Positions 28,625 through 40,034 of a stretch of DNA of 64,000 nt are shown here, piece after piece (positions within the stretch are counted from its first letter, which is position 1; each line of letters begins with the position of its first letter). The position numbers and the translations under genes are program-made. Origin of the DNA: Spirochaetia bacterium (GTDB lineage: Bacteria; Spirochaetota; Spirochaetia; SZUA-6; Bin103); assembly GCA_965208575.1 (NCBI GenBank), contig CBDBOV010000004.1, positions 1,184,001 to 1,248,000 of the forward strand. The letters run 5' to 3'. The notes beneath the pieces are model-generated. The model was not told the origin of the DNA, searched no databases, and saw only the letters and a program-made list of their open reading frames with translations.

Positions 28625-28654
28625 TTGCACAAATCACGCGCCGCCCTCTATAGT
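28625..28654 (+). promoter_or_regulatory. Sigma70-like promoter of ahcY-adk
   Basis: TTGCAC, 18 bp, TATAGT just before the ahcY start. Confidence 0.5.
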
Positions 28655-28667
28655 GGCGGGCATTCCC

Positions 28668-29921
28668 GTGGCGAGACACAAGATTCGAGATCGTTCACTG
28701 GCCGATCGGGGCGCGTTGAAGATCCGCTGGGCGCAGTCGCGGATGCCGGTCCTCGCGCACCTGCAGCGCCGCTTCGAGGACAGCAAGCCGCTCGCCGGGC
28801 AGCGGATCGCTGGCTGCCTGCACGTCACCAAGGAGACCGCGGTCCTGGTCCGAGCGTTGCGCGCGGCCGGCGCCGAGGTGGCGTGGTCGGGCTGCAATCC
28901 GCTGTCCACGCAGGATGACGTGGCCGCCGCGCTCGCCGCCGACGGCATCAGCATCTTCGCCTGGCACGGATTGTCGGTGGACGAGTTCTACTGGTGCATC
29001 GACGCCACGCTGGAGAGCCTGCCGACGCTGACCCTCGACGACGGCGCGGACCTCATCTTTCGCGTCCATTCGCGGTTTCCCGAGCTGGCGGGCCAAATCC
29101 GCGGCGGCACCGAGGAAACCACCACCGGCGTACAGCGCCTGCAGGCGATGGCCGTCGACGGCAAGCTGCGGTACCCGGTGATCGCCGTGAACAACGCGGA
29201 GACCAAGTGGGACTTCGACAACGTGTACGGGACCGGACAATCCGCCCTCGACGGGCTGCTGCGCGCTACCTCGATACTGCTGGCCGGCAAGACGCTGGTG
29301 GTGGCCGGCTTCGGGCACTGCGGGCGCGGCACCGCGGCGCGCGCGCGCGGCATGGGAGCGCGCGTGGTGATCACCGAGGTGGACCCGATCGCTGCGCTCA
29401 AGGCTACCCTGGACGGGTTCGAGGTGCTGCCGATGGCGGAGGCTGCGCGGCTCGGCGAGGTATTCATTACCACCACCGGCATGCGCGACGTCATTACGCG
29501 CCGCCACTTCGCGGTGATGAAGGACGGCGCGGTAATCTGCAACGCGGGCCACTACGATTGTGAGCTGAACCTCGATGATCTGAAGGAGATGGCGGCGCCG
29601 CCGACGGAGGTCCGCGCCAACAACCAGGAGTACGTGCTCGCCGACGGACGCCGGATCTACCTGCTGGCGCAGGGACGGCTGATCAACCTGGCGGCTGCCG
29701 AGGGCCATCCGCCGGAAGTGATGGACATGTCGTTCGCAAATCAGTTCCTTAGCATGGTGTCGTTGGCGGACGGTTGCGCGCGGCACAACGGGGTATACCC
29801 GATCTCCGCGGAACAGGATCGGGAGATCGCGGCCATCAAGCTGCGCACGATGGGCATCGACATCGACGCGCTGTCGTCCACACAACAGGCCTACTTGCAG
29901 GACTACTCGCAGGGCACGTAA
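28668..29921 (+). CDS. ahcY: S-adenosylhomocysteine hydrolase
   Basis: CLHVTKET, CNPLSTQD, LDDGADL, EETTTG, FDNVYGTGQS, GFGHCGRG, GRLINL, GHPPEVMDMSF. Confidence 0.97.
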   Translation: MARHKIRDRSLADRGALKIRWAQSRMPVLAHLQRRFEDSKPLAGQRIAGCLHVTKETAVLVRALRAAGAEVAWSGCNPLSTQDDVAAALAADGISIFAWHGLSVDEFYWCIDATLESLPTLTLDDGADLIFRVHSRFPELAGQIRGGTEETTTGVQRLQAMAVDGKLRYPVIAVNNAETKWDFDNVYGTGQSALDGLLRATSILLAGKTLVVAGFGHCGRGTAARARGMGARVVITEVDPIAALKATLDGFEVLPMAEAARLGEVFITTTGMRDVITRRHFAVMKDGAVICNAGHYDCELNLDDLKEMAAPPTEVRANNQEYVLADGRRIYLLAQGRLINLAAAEGHPPEVMDMSFANQFLSMVSLADGCARHNGVYPISAEQDREIAAIKLRTMGIDIDALSSTQQAYLQDYSQGT

Positions 29922-30664
29922 TGAATTCGGCTATCGGCACACAGTCTCCAAAGGCGCCTGAGGCACCGGAGGCGGTCGCGGAAACGCCCGCCGCCGACAC
30001 CGCGGAGGGCGCTCACCACGGTCCGACCAACCTGGTTCTGTTGGGGCCGCCGGGTGCGGGCAAGGGTACGGTGGCGGAGCTGCTGAGCACGCGCCTGGGC
30101 ATTCCGCACATCTCGTCGGGGGACATGTTCCGCGCCGCCATCGGCGCCGGCACCAGGCTGGGCAGGGAGGTAGCCGCCACCATCAAGCGCGGCGAGCTGG
30201 TTGCCGACCAGGTGACCGTGGCATTGATCCGGGAGCGGCTCGCCGCCAAGGACGCAGGCAGAGGCTATCTGCTGGACGGATTCCCGCGCACCATCGCCCA
30301 GGCCGAGGCGCTGCAGGCGCTCAGCGACGTGAATGCCGTCATCAACCTCGACGTGTCGGACGATCTGGCAGTGCTGCGCATCTCCGGTCGCCGGGTATGT
30401 ACCGCCGACGGCGAAATCTACCATCTCGCCAACCGTCCGCCGCGGGTGGCCGGAACATGCGACCGGTGCGGCCGGGCGCTGATCCAACGCGACGACGACC
30501 GCCCGTCCGCGGTGCGCCACCGCCTGCAGGTGTACCAGCGCCAGACCGCGCCGCTGGTGGACTTCTACGCCAACCGCCGACTGCTGTTCGGCATCGACGG
30601 CACCCCGCCCGCGCTGCAGGTTCGCGATCAAATCCTGTTGCGCCTGCGCACCCGCGCCACCTGA
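29921..30664 (+). CDS. adk: Adenylate kinase
   Basis: LLGPPGAGKGT, HISSGDMFR, LDGFPRT, LID domain, QRDDD; start overlaps ahcY stop. Confidence 0.97.
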   Translation: MNSAIGTQSPKAPEAPEAVAETPAADTAEGAHHGPTNLVLLGPPGAGKGTVAELLSTRLGIPHISSGDMFRAAIGAGTRLGREVAATIKRGELVADQVTVALIRERLAAKDAGRGYLLDGFPRTIAQAEALQALSDVNAVINLDVSDDLAVLRISGRRVCTADGEIYHLANRPPRVAGTCDRCGRALIQRDDDRPSAVRHRLQVYQRQTAPLVDFYANRRLLFGIDGTPPALQVRDQILLRLRTRAT

Positions 30665-30700
30665 CCGCGGGCCAACGGATCCGTCTCCCGCGGGTGCCGG

Positions 30701-31690
30701 TTACTCGTCCGGCGCGCCGTGCCTGGCCAGCAGGTCCAGCACCATCGGACGGTACAGCAGGTCGTCGCGGGACAGCAGGTCCGCGAGCCGCTCCTCATCC
30801 TTGAAGCCTCTCTGCAGCGCGGTCCGGAGCGCCTCCAGCCCGGCGATCGGGTCCTCCACCGCGGTGAGCAGAATCACGGCGCGTTCGAACGCCGCCTCGC
30901 CGCGGTACGGGTCCTCCTCCTGCAGCCGCTGCTCGGCGTCGGCGTACAGTTCGAGGGCTGCGTCGTAGCGGCCCTGAATGCGCTCTACCCGCGCCAGCGC
31001 CAGCAGGGCGTCGGCGGCGTCGGGATGCTCTTCCAGGTACTGGCGCAACAGGTTGGACGCCTCCGCCGGCGCGCCCACCACGGCGTCGCCGGCGTCGGCG
31101 ATCAGCAATCCGAGGTGCAGGCGCGCATCCTGGTCGTCGGGGTGCTCGGCCAGCAGCGCGCGCAGTTGGACCGCCGCCGCCGGTTTGTCGCCCAGCGTCC
31201 ACAGCAGAATCGCCCGGTTGAAGCGCGCCGCCGCGTGACGGGGCTGCACCTCCAGCAGGCGCACGTAGGTCGCCAGCGCATCGCCCCAGCGCCCGCCGCG
31301 CCGGTGACTCTCCGCCTGCAGCTCCAGCACGCGCACGTTGTCCGGGCTGGCCGCCAGCAGCCGCTCCAGGTGGCCGCTTGCCGCCGCGGAGTCGCCGGAC
31401 TCAAGGAGCGCGGCAGCCAGGTTGAAGCGCGCGTCGGAGGCATCCGGCCGCAACGCGACGGCGCGCTCCAGGTAGCGCACGGCGCGCTCATGGTCTCCCG
31501 ACTCCAGGAAGCCGGTGCCGAGGTTGTAGTACTCGTGGGCGAACTGCTCGCGGGTCAGGTCGCTCGATGCGCACCCCGCGGCCAGCGCGGACGCCAGCAG
31601 GGCCAGGCCCGCGCCGATGCGGCGGAACCACCGCTCCGGCCGCCACGACCGGGCGCGCACTGCCAGGCGGCAATCCATACGTGCCGCCAT
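30701..31690 (-). CDS. TPR-repeat lipoprotein
   Basis: Lipobox LAAGC; repeated TPR helices (YYNLG, ARFNLA, ARFNRA, ARLHLG). Confidence 0.85.
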   Translation of the reverse strand: MAARMDCRLAVRARSWRPERWFRRIGAGLALLASALAAGCASSDLTREQFAHEYYNLGTGFLESGDHERAVRYLERAVALRPDASDARFNLAAALLESGDSAAASGHLERLLAASPDNVRVLELQAESHRRGGRWGDALATYVRLLEVQPRHAAARFNRAILLWTLGDKPAAAVQLRALLAEHPDDQDARLHLGLLIADAGDAVVGAPAEASNLLRQYLEEHPDAADALLALARVERIQGRYDAALELYADAEQRLQEEDPYRGEAAFERAVILLTAVEDPIAGLEALRTALQRGFKDEERLADLLSRDDLLYRPMVLDLLARHGAPDE

Positions 31691-31845
31691 TATGCCCTGC
31701 CCGGCAGCCGGGGGCGAAACGCCGGCCGCAGGCGGGCAGCGCCGCGTCGTGTCCGGCCGCTCCCGGTGCGACGCCGGGTTCCACCGCGCCCGCTGGTCGC
31801 GGCGGCGCGGGTGACAGCTTGCATCGCCGGCGGTAGCCTTGTGGC

Positions 31846-32142
31846 GTGACCGCCGCCACCCGACGCGACCCGCGCAAGCTGCTCGCCTGCGCCATGACCG
31901 CGGCAGTGTTGACCGTGTCCGCCGTCGCGTGCCAGCGCGGAGCCGCCGGCGAGGCGACCACCAGCCGTTACCAGGAGGCGCCGATGTTGCGCGAACGGGT
32001 GGAAGCGGGCGAGTTGCCGCCGGTCGACGAGCGGCTGCCGGATGAACCGCTGGTGGTGGACGTACCGCAGGTCGGCGAGTATGGCGGCAGTATCGGCGGG
32101 GGCCGCGTCGTGCAGAGCGATGAGTGGCGTCCGACCCGCTAA
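31846..32142 (+). pseudogene. Truncated ABC transporter (peptide/nickel type) substrate-binding lipoprotein
   Basis: Lipobox AVAC then YQEAPMLRERVEAGELPPVDERLPDEPLVV...GEYGG, the typical N-terminus of large family-5 SBPs; stops at 98 aa. Confidence 0.75.
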
Positions 32143-33209
32143 CAGCCGGGCCCGCCGCCGGAGTCCTGCGGCCCGAGGCCGGGGGCGTGCACCGGCCTCG
32201 GGCCGGGGCCGTGCACAGGCACCTGGCGCCCGGTCAACCCTGACTCCAGCAGCGCATCGAGCGTTCCGAGGACCTGCAGGTTGCCGCGCCCGCTGGTCTC
32301 CGGCTCCGGTCCGCCGTTGATCCAGTCGGCGAAGCCCGCCGCCACCTGCGCGTCGAGCGAAAGCCGGTGCGGTGCGTCGAGCGCCACCGGCTGCCAGCCG
32401 CCGTCGGCTGAGGTCGCCACCGTGATCCGCTCGACGCCGCCGAACGACAGGGAGTTCTCGTAGCGCAGCGCGCCGTGCTCGCACTCCACGCGCAACTCCA
32501 GCGTGTTGATCCGGGCATCCGAGGTGGACAGCAGCACGACACGGCAGCCGCCGGCCAGCGTGAGCTCCGCGGTTGCGGTCGACTCCCGGCGCCAGGTGGT
32601 GGCCGGCGGACGGAACGAGTGGCCGCTGACCGCCGCGATCGGCTCGCCCATCATCGCGATCAGCGAGTCCACCTCGTGCACCGTCATCTGCCAGAGTTGG
32701 GAGTGCTCGGAGTCCGGGTACTCGCCGCCGCGCGCCTTGTAGGAAACCATGTGCCCTTCCTGCGGCTGCCCCCAGCGGCGCTCGGCCAGCAGCCGGCGCA
32801 TGGTGCGCTGACCCGGCAGGTAGCGCCACTGCTGGGTCACGACGACCTTGCGGCCGCGCTCTTCGGCCACGGCCAGCAGGCGGCGGGCCGAAGCAACGGT
32901 CAGGGTGAACGGTTTTTCCACCAGCACGTGCGCATCCGCCTCGAGCGCCTGGCCGACCAGCGCCTCATGGGTGCGCGCCCAGGTGGCGACCATCACGGCG
33001 TCGCAGGTGCGGGCGGCGAGCGCCTCTTCCAGCGAGGCGAACGCCAAGTCCGGAGCCACCTGCTCCTCGGCACACACCCGCGCCAGCCGCGCGGCATCCT
33101 GGTCGACCACCCCGGCGACCTCGAAGCGTTCGCCGAGCGCGCGCACGCTGCGCAGGTGCGAGCGCCCGCGCCCGACGCCGACGATTACGATACGAACGGG
33201 ACCGGCCAC
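32139..33209 (-). CDS. Gfo/Idh/MocA family oxidoreductase
   Basis: IVGVGRGRSH Rossmann start, HVLVEKPF, QMTVHEVD. Confidence 0.9.
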   Translation of the reverse strand: MAGPVRIVIVGVGRGRSHLRSVRALGERFEVAGVVDQDAARLARVCAEEQVAPDLAFASLEEALAARTCDAVMVATWARTHEALVGQALEADAHVLVEKPFTLTVASARRLLAVAEERGRKVVVTQQWRYLPGQRTMRRLLAERRWGQPQEGHMVSYKARGGEYPDSEHSQLWQMTVHEVDSLIAMMGEPIAAVSGHSFRPPATTWRRESTATAELTLAGGCRVVLLSTSDARINTLELRVECEHGALRYENSLSFGGVERITVATSADGGWQPVALDAPHRLSLDAQVAAGFADWINGGPEPETSGRGNLQVLGTLDALLESGLTGRQVPVHGPGPRPVHAPGLGPQDSGGGPGC

Positions 33210-33217
33210 GGTCTCGG

Positions 33218-33583
33218 CTAGCGGACCGTGCTGCCCGACGGGAAGTCACCCGGCACCTCGGCCAGGGCGAGGCGGCCGGATTCGTCCTCCGCGGCCAGAA
33301 TCATTCCCTCGGACACGATGCCGCGCAGCTTGGCCGGCTTCAGGTTGGCCACCACGATCAGCTTCCGGCCGACCAGTTCCTGCGCGTCGAAATACTCGGC
33401 GATGCCGGACACCACGGTGCGCTCGCTGTCCCCGAGGCGCAGGGTCAGGCACAGCAGCTTGTCGGTCTTGGGCACCTGTTTGGCGGCGGTGACCTCCGCC
33501 ACGCGCAACTGCACGCGCGCGAACTCGTCGATGCTGATCGTATCGCCGCCGCTGGCGGCGCCGGATGCGGTTTCGTCGGACAT
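33218..33583 (-). CDS. Stand-alone tRNA-binding OB-fold protein (MetG C-terminal/Trbp111-like)
   Basis: [49 protein letters not shown]. Confidence 0.9.
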   Translation of the reverse strand: MSDETASGAASGGDTISIDEFARVQLRVAEVTAAKQVPKTDKLLCLTLRLGDSERTVVSGIAEYFDAQELVGRKLIVVANLKPAKLRGIVSEGMILAAEDESGRLALAEVPGDFPSGSTVR

Positions 33584-33665
33584 GTCGGCGCAGGTTACCT
33601 CATCGTGCCGGCGCCTGCCTATCCGCCCGCGCATGGCGCGCATGGCGGGCATGGCGCGTCGGAGG

Positions 33666-36600
33666 TCAGTCCCGCATTCGCGGACGGGCAGTAGCAATCA
33701 CTCCCTGCGGGCCGACCGCCGCCGGCTGCGGCGCCGCGGCCGGCGTGGCAACCGCGGTGGCAACCGGAGCCGGGGTTACGGCCGCGGCCGGAGCGGGAGC
33801 GGGAGCGGGAGATGCGGACGAGACCGCGCCGCGCTCGCGCCCGGCCACGAACACGCGCCGCGCCCAGCGATCGAGATCGTCGAACAGGGAATACATCACC
33901 GGCACCAGGAGCAAGGTCAGGAAGGTGGCGAACGCCAGCCCGCAGATCACCGCAATCGCCATCGGGCTCCACCAGGCGGCCTGCTCGCCGCCCCAGTAGA
34001 ACTCCGGATCGAGGTCGGTGTAGAGACCGAAGAAGTCGAAGTTGAGGCCGATCGCCAGCGGCACCAGGCCGAGAATGGTGGTGACCGCGGTGAGGATGAC
34101 CGGCCGGAACCGGGTCACGCCGCCACGCACGATCGCCTCGCGAGCGGTGAGGCCGTCACGCCGGCGCAGGACGTCGATGTAGTCGATCAGGACGATCGCG
34201 TTGTTCACCACCACTCCCGCGAGGCTGATCACGCCCACGCCGGTCATCACGATCACGAACGGCATCTTGAACAGCACGAGCCCGAGCAGGACACCGACGG
34301 TGGACATGATCACCGAGCTTATGATGATCAGCGGCTTGGTGACCGAGTCGAACTGCGTGATCAGGATGAACGCGATCAGGAAGGCGGCAAGCAGGAAGGC
34401 CACCAACAGGAACGACTGCGACTCCTGCTGCTCCTGCTGCTGGCCGGTGAAGCTCAGCGCGTACCCGGTCGGCAGGGCGGCGGCGAACGGCTCCATCTCG
34501 GCGCGCACCTCGGCCACCACGGCGTTGGCATTCAGGTCGACGCCATCGAGCTGGGCGCGAACGTCGGACGACACGGTCACCACCCGCTTGAGATCCTTGC
34601 GCGTCACGTCGCCGAGGCCGCGGCTGATAGACCAGGTCGCCACCGAGGAGAGCGGTATCTGTGCGCCGCTGTTGGCCACAACCACCAAGTCGCCCAGCGA
34701 GTCCAGATCTTCGCGGAACTCAGCAGCCAACCGCACGGTGATGTCGTACTCCTCCTCGCCGGCACGGAACTGGGTGGCAACGCGCCCGTTGATCGCGCTG
34801 CGAATGGTATTACCCACGTCGATGGTGCTCAGCTCGTGCAGCGCGGCGCGCTCGCGGTCCACCTCCACCACCAGCTCCGGCCTGCCCGCCGCCATGTCGC
34901 TCTTCAGGCCGTCCAGCTTCGCGAACAGCTCGGAGTCCTCGAGCAGGCGCACCACCTCATCGCCGAGCCGTTTCAAGACGGCGGGGTCGGGCCCGACGAT
35001 CTCGATGTTGAGCGCCTGCCCGGTAGGCGGGCCCGTGGCTGGCTGCTCGACCGTGATCCCGGCGCCTGCGATGCCCTCGCCGGCGACGGCGCGTACCTCC
35101 TCGATGGTGGCGAACACGTCCGCCGCCCGCTCTTCGTAGGGCACGAAGCTCACAATTATCGATGCCAGGTGCGTGCCACTGCCACCCACGGTCGCCACCA
35201 CCGACTCGACGTCCGCCCTGCCGGGCAGCGCCGCGAGCTGCTCCTCCACCCCGCGTACCACTTCGTCGGTCTCCTGCACGCGTGTACCGAGCGGCGCTTC
35301 GACGTTGACCAGCACGCGGCTCGGCGGTATGTCTTCCGGAAAGAATTCACTCCCCAATTCGCTCAGCGAGAAGAGGACACCCGATCCCACCAGCGCGGCC
35401 ACGGCCAAGGCCATCACCGCCGCGCGGTGGCGCAGCGCCCAGCGCAACACCGCCTCGTAGTGGCGCACGATCCACGGCAGCCCGCGATGGATGAGCCAGT
35501 GCCCGCCCGGCTTGCCGATCAACCGGTTGAACGCCAGTACGCCGGCACCGGTGGCTGCCAGCAGAGCGGCGGTCGTCCAGCTCACGGAGACCGACGCGGC
35601 CAGAACGCCGGCAGCGGCCAGAAGGAACACGATGCGCGCCGCCAGCGGCAGGCGCTGTCCCTTGACCCCCTCGGTCTCGACCAGCCGCGAAGCAAGCGTC
35701 GGCAGAATGACCAGCGCCACGAACAGCGACGAACTCAGGGTAATGATCAGCGTCAGCGGCAGGTACTTCATGAACTCGCCGACGATGCCGGGCCAGAACG
35801 CCAGCGGCACGAAGGCCGCCAGGGTGGTAGCCGTGGAGGCGATGATAGGCGTGGACACCTCGCCGGTCGCGAACCGAGCCGCCTCGGTACGTGCGAAGCC
35901 GCGTTCGCGGTAGCGGTAGATATTCTCGACCACCACGATGGCGTTGTCGACCAGCATGCCGAGCGCCAGGATCAGGCTGAACAGCACCACCATGTTCAGG
36001 GTGAAGCCGACAAACTGGATGATCACGAACGAGATCAGCATGGACAGCGGGATCGCCAGCCCCACGAACGGCGCGGTGCGCGTGCCCAGGAAGAACAAGA
36101 GCACACCCACCACCAGCAGCAGGCCGGAGATGATATTGTTCTCCAGGCTGCTCACCATGTCGTTGATGTCGTTCGACTGGTCCGCGGTGATCTTGGTGAC
36201 CGTACCCGGCGGCAGCGTCGGCTCCACCTCGGCGAGCACCGCGCGCACGGCGTCGGCAGTCTCCAGAATGTTGGCGCCGCTGCGCTTGACGATGCCCAGC
36301 GAGATCACCGGTAGACCGTCCAGGCGCGCGTAGCTGTCGCGCTCCTTGAAGCCGAAGTCGACGGTGGCCACGTCGCGCACGTACACCGGCCGCCCGTCGC
36401 GCGTCTCGATGACGATGTCGCCGATCGCCGACGTGGCTTCAAATTCGCCCGGCACGCGCACCAGGTACTTCAACTCGCCCACGTCGATGGAGCCGCCGGG
36501 CACCGTGACGTTCTCGTCGCGTACCGCGTCGCTGACGTCCTTGAAGGCGAGGCCGTAGAACTTGAGCTTGGCCAGGTCGACGTCGACGTACACCTCCCGT

Positions 36601-37229
36601 TCCAGGCCGCCGGAGAGCTGCGCTTCGAGCACGCTCGGAATCTGCTCGAAGCGGGTCTGGAGATCCTCCGCCACCTCGCGCAGGCGCACCTGGTTGTAGG
36701 GCCCGGCGATGTTTACCTGCATGATCGGAAACTGCGAGAAGTTGCTCTCGAATATCTGCGGTTCGTTCGCTCCGGAGGGCAGCTCCGGCTTGGCCAGATC
36801 CACCTTCTCGCGCACCCGCTGCAGCGCCTCGGTCATGTCCATGCCGGCCACGAACTCAACGTTGATACTGGCAACACCCTCGCGTGAAGTGGAGGAGATC
36901 ACCTTGACGTCGGCGATGGTGTTCAGTTCGTCCTCGAGTGGTTGCGTGACCAGGGTCTCGATGTCGCGCGGCGCCACCCCGGCGTACACGGTGGTCACGA
37001 AGATATTGGGCTGGACGATTTCCGGTATCGACTCGCGCGGCACGCGCAGATAGGACACCAGGCCGCCGGCGATCAGGATCAGCATCAGCACCACGACGCT
37101 GGTCGGGTGCCTGATCGCCAGCGAGGTAACGGCGAACTCCTTGAGCTTGCCGGTCCCGGGCACGCGGTCGCCGTTCGCGTCCACCGCGCCGGCGCTCACC
37201 GGAGGGACGATTCCCGTCGGGCTGCGCAT
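33666..37229 (-). CDS. RND efflux permease (AcrB/AcrD/AcrF family)
   Basis: [47 protein letters not shown]; 1187 aa. Confidence 0.96.
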   Translation of the reverse strand: MRSPTGIVPPVSAGAVDANGDRVPGTGKLKEFAVTSLAIRHPTSVVVLMLILIAGGLVSYLRVPRESIPEIVQPNIFVTTVYAGVAPRDIETLVTQPLEDELNTIADVKVISSTSREGVASINVEFVAGMDMTEALQRVREKVDLAKPELPSGANEPQIFESNFSQFPIMQVNIAGPYNQVRLREVAEDLQTRFEQIPSVLEAQLSGGLEREVYVDVDLAKLKFYGLAFKDVSDAVRDENVTVPGGSIDVGELKYLVRVPGEFEATSAIGDIVIETRDGRPVYVRDVATVDFGFKERDSYARLDGLPVISLGIVKRSGANILETADAVRAVLAEVEPTLPPGTVTKITADQSNDINDMVSSLENNIISGLLLVVGVLLFFLGTRTAPFVGLAIPLSMLISFVIIQFVGFTLNMVVLFSLILALGMLVDNAIVVVENIYRYRERGFARTEAARFATGEVSTPIIASTATTLAAFVPLAFWPGIVGEFMKYLPLTLIITLSSSLFVALVILPTLASRLVETEGVKGQRLPLAARIVFLLAAAGVLAASVSVSWTTAALLAATGAGVLAFNRLIGKPGGHWLIHRGLPWIVRHYEAVLRWALRHRAAVMALAVAALVGSGVLFSLSELGSEFFPEDIPPSRVLVNVEAPLGTRVQETDEVVRGVEEQLAALPGRADVESVVATVGGSGTHLASIIVSFVPYEERAADVFATIEEVRAVAGEGIAGAGITVEQPATGPPTGQALNIEIVGPDPAVLKRLGDEVVRLLEDSELFAKLDGLKSDMAAGRPELVVEVDRERAALHELSTIDVGNTIRSAINGRVATQFRAGEEEYDITVRLAAEFREDLDSLGDLVVVANSGAQIPLSSVATWSISRGLGDVTRKDLKRVVTVSSDVRAQLDGVDLNANAVVAEVRAEMEPFAAALPTGYALSFTGQQQEQQESQSFLLVAFLLAAFLIAFILITQFDSVTKPLIIISSVIMSTVGVLLGLVLFKMPFVIVMTGVGVISLAGVVVNNAIVLIDYIDVLRRRDGLTAREAIVRGGVTRFRPVILTAVTTILGLVPLAIGLNFDFFGLYTDLDPEFYWGGEQAAWWSPMAIAVICGLAFATFLTLLLVPVMYSLFDDLDRWARRVFVAGRERGAVSSASPAPAPAPAAAVTPAPVATAVATPAAAPQPAAVGPQGVIATARPRMRD

Positions 37230-38330
37230 CTAGCCGCCGACCAGGCTTACCACGCTGCCGTCGTCCACCTGCCGGTGGCCGGCCGTGATCAGCCGCTCGC
37301 CCGCCATCAGTCCCGAGGTCACTACCACCTCGTTGGCATACGAGGCGCCGAGGTTCACCTCGCGCGCCTCGGCGGTCAGACCGTCGGTGCCCTGTTCAGC
37401 CACGAACACCTGGAAGCCGTTTTCGGTGCGCTGCACGAGGTCCTGCGGCACCACGATCACCTGTTCCTCGCGGGTGCGCTCGACCTGTACGTTGGCCACC
37501 AGGCGCGGGCGGATCAATCCCTCGCCGTTGTCGAGCACGATCTCGATCGGCACGGTGCGGCTGCGGCGGTCCACGCTGACGCCGACGAACTCGATCTCTC
37601 CTTCGAACTCGCGTCCTTCGAGCACGTCGAACGTCACCAACGCCAGCGTTCCGGGCACGATCGTGAGCGCGTAGCGTTCCGGTATGCCGGCGACCACGCG
37701 CACCTGGTCGGTGGCCAGCACCCGCAGCAGACGGGTGCCGGGAGTCACCAGCTCACCGGTCTCGACGTACTGCTCGTCGTAGGTGCCGGAGATGGGCGAC
37801 GCGACCAGGGTACGCGCCTGCCGGGTCTCCAGCACCTTGAGACGGGCGGCGCTGGTCTGCACCTGTGACTTTGCCTCCAGCACCGCCATCTCGGTGCCGA
37901 CGCGCTGCTCTTCCCACAGGCGCCGCTGCCGTTCGTAGCGCTCGGTGGCGATGTCGAGGATGGCGCGCGCCTCCTCCGACTGAGCGTCCAGCAACTCGGA
38001 AGAGATACGCGCAACCGGCTGTCCGCGCGACAACCGCTCCCCCTTGGCGACCAGGAAGCCGGCGATGGTCCCGGTCTCCTCGGCGGACACCGTCACGTCG
38101 TGCATCGCCTCCACCTCGCCTACCACGCGGATGTATTGCACGAACGTGGTCGGTTGCACGCGGGTGACCTCGACGTTCACCACGCGCGCCCCGAACGCGG
38201 CTGCCAGCGGACCACGCTCCTCCACCGGCTCATCCGCCGCGGCGGTGTCGGTGGGAGGCGTGCAGCCGGCGCCCATCAACGCCAGCGAAGCGGCCAGCAG
38301 CACCGCCCCCGCCAGCACGCGGTTGGGCAC
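37230..38330 (-). CDS. RND periplasmic adaptor (membrane fusion) lipoprotein; start approximate
   Basis: Lipobox GAGC, VSAETGTI-like hairpin start, SPISG, VTSGLMAGERLITAG. Confidence 0.9.
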   Translation of the reverse strand: MPNRVLAGAVLLAASLALMGAGCTPPTDTAAADEPVEERGPLAAAFGARVVNVEVTRVQPTTFVQYIRVVGEVEAMHDVTVSAEETGTIAGFLVAKGERLSRGQPVARISSELLDAQSEEARAILDIATERYERQRRLWEEQRVGTEMAVLEAKSQVQTSAARLKVLETRQARTLVASPISGTYDEQYVETGELVTPGTRLLRVLATDQVRVVAGIPERYALTIVPGTLALVTFDVLEGREFEGEIEFVGVSVDRRSRTVPIEIVLDNGEGLIRPRLVANVQVERTREEQVIVVPQDLVQRTENGFQVFVAEQGTDGLTAEAREVNLGASYANEVVVTSGLMAGERLITAGHRQVDDGSVVSLVGG

Positions 38331-38469
38331 GGATGCCCGAGCGTGCCGTGAGGGAACCCCGCGTCGGCCCGAGAGCAGCCGCGCCGGGCGGCAGAGTGCG
38401 CCGAGCGATCCTGCCGGCCACAGGTGAGTTAGGAGCAACGCTGCCGGGCGGTGATGCGCCACGGGCGGC

Positions 38470-39954
38470 CTAGCCATCGGCCGCGGCTTTCGTGCCCGCC
38501 GCACGGTCCACCAGCGGCACCTGGCCGGTGGCGACTTCCAGGCGCGATGCGGTGGACAGGTAGTCGTACACCGCCTGCGCGTAGTTGAACTCCGCCTCGC
38601 GCAAGGTGGTCTCGGCGGCGACCACCTCGAACTGGCTTCCCACCCCCGCGCGGTAGCGGGCGGTGGCGATGTCGTACCCGCGCTGCGACTGCACGATCGC
38701 CACGCGCTGGCTGGCGGCGCGCGCACGCGCCTCGCGCATCGAAGCGGCCAGCGTGTGCACCTGGTTCACCATCTCGAGTTCCGCCTGGCGCAACCGGTTG
38801 GTGACGAGGCGCAGCTCCTCGCGCCGCTGCTCCAGGCGCGCACTGGGCCTGAATCCGCTGAACACCGGCATCTGGATCGACAGGCCGGCGGACGCCGACA
38901 GATCCCACTGCGTATACTCGTTTCCGGCGAACACCGAGGCACGAGTCCCGAACACATCGTCTTCGTCGTTGTCGGCGACGCGGAAGTCGACGCTGCCAAA
39001 CGCCCGGATCACCGGCAACACCTCGCGCTCCTGCACCTCCACCTGTATCTCGCCCAGCGTCACCGACGAGCGCAACTGGCGCAGATCCGAGCGCAACGTG
39101 AACGCCGCCTGGCGCAGCTCCTCTTCGGTCATGGCCGCCAGGGCAACCGCTCCCGCGGCCGCGAGCAGGTCCGCGTTGCCGGCACTGTTGGCCGCGCCGG
39201 GCGCCAGTTGCAGTTCGCTGAGCGAGCCGGTCACGGCGACCGGCTGCAGCGGGTCCACCCCGAGGGCCACCAGCAACCGCCCACGCGCCGCGGCGACCTG
39301 GTTGCGGGCCAGGATCAGGCGCGTTTCCAGGTTCGTGAACTGCACCTCGGCGCGCAGCAACTCGTCGTCGCTGGCGAATCCCTCGCTGTGGCGGGCGCGC
39401 GTCTCGCGCAGTGTCTGCCGCACGCGGGCGATGCTTTGCTCGGTGAGCGCCTCCCGCTCGGCGGCCAGCAGAACGGAGAAGTAGCTCTGCCGCACCAGGT
39501 CCACCACCTGGTGCGCCGCGCCGCGGCGCTCCTCGCCGCGCAGCGACAGCAGGTTGTCGGCGGCGGCCAACCCGGAAAACACGCGGAAGTCCATCACCGT
39601 CTGGTTCAGCTTCAGGGACGCGGTCCAGGTGTTGTCGGGCGCGCTCGAGGTGTCCGACTCGATCTCGGGATCCTCGCCCGGGACTACTCGCTGGCTCCAG
39701 GCACCGAGCGCGCGCAGGTAGGACGCCTCGGCGGACACCTGCGGCCAGACGCCCGCGTAGGCTTCGCGCACTTGCTCCTCGGCGATACGTACCGACGAGG
39801 AGGCGGCCAGAATCTGCAGGTTGCCGGTCAGAGCGACTTCGACCGCGGTGCGCAACGGCAGGGCTCCGGAACCGGGCAGGGTCTGGGAGTGGGCGCACAC
39901 ACCGGCCAAGCTGAGAAAGAACAAAATCGCCGGAGCGATCGGGTGCGTTCGCAA
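38470..39954 (-). CDS. TolC-family outer membrane efflux protein
   Basis: Signal peptide, two OEP repeats (VRQSYFSVLLA; ARYRAGVGSQFEV); first gene of the RND operon. Confidence 0.92.
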   Translation of the reverse strand: MRTHPIAPAILFFLSLAGVCAHSQTLPGSGALPLRTAVEVALTGNLQILAASSSVRIAEEQVREAYAGVWPQVSAEASYLRALGAWSQRVVPGEDPEIESDTSSAPDNTWTASLKLNQTVMDFRVFSGLAAADNLLSLRGEERRGAAHQVVDLVRQSYFSVLLAAEREALTEQSIARVRQTLRETRARHSEGFASDDELLRAEVQFTNLETRLILARNQVAAARGRLLVALGVDPLQPVAVTGSLSELQLAPGAANSAGNADLLAAAGAVALAAMTEEELRQAAFTLRSDLRQLRSSVTLGEIQVEVQEREVLPVIRAFGSVDFRVADNDEDDVFGTRASVFAGNEYTQWDLSASAGLSIQMPVFSGFRPSARLEQRREELRLVTNRLRQAELEMVNQVHTLAASMREARARAASQRVAIVQSQRGYDIATARYRAGVGSQFEVVAAETTLREAEFNYAQAVYDYLSTASRLEVATGQVPLVDRAAGTKAAADG

Positions 39955-40034
39955 GGACTATCTCGTACCGCTATTTTCGCGTCGACGGACACCGCCAACC
40001 GATGTTCGGAAGGTACCGCCCGCCCCCCGTGAAG

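Noticed and set aside
33620-33660. GCATGGCGC x3 short repeat
   Set aside because: Too short and GC-rich to support a function.
33666-39954. TolC-MFP-RND operon as a novel secretion partner of the reduced flagellar gate
   Set aside because: Ordinary tripartite efflux architecture, 24 kb away, with no sequence evidence of a link.
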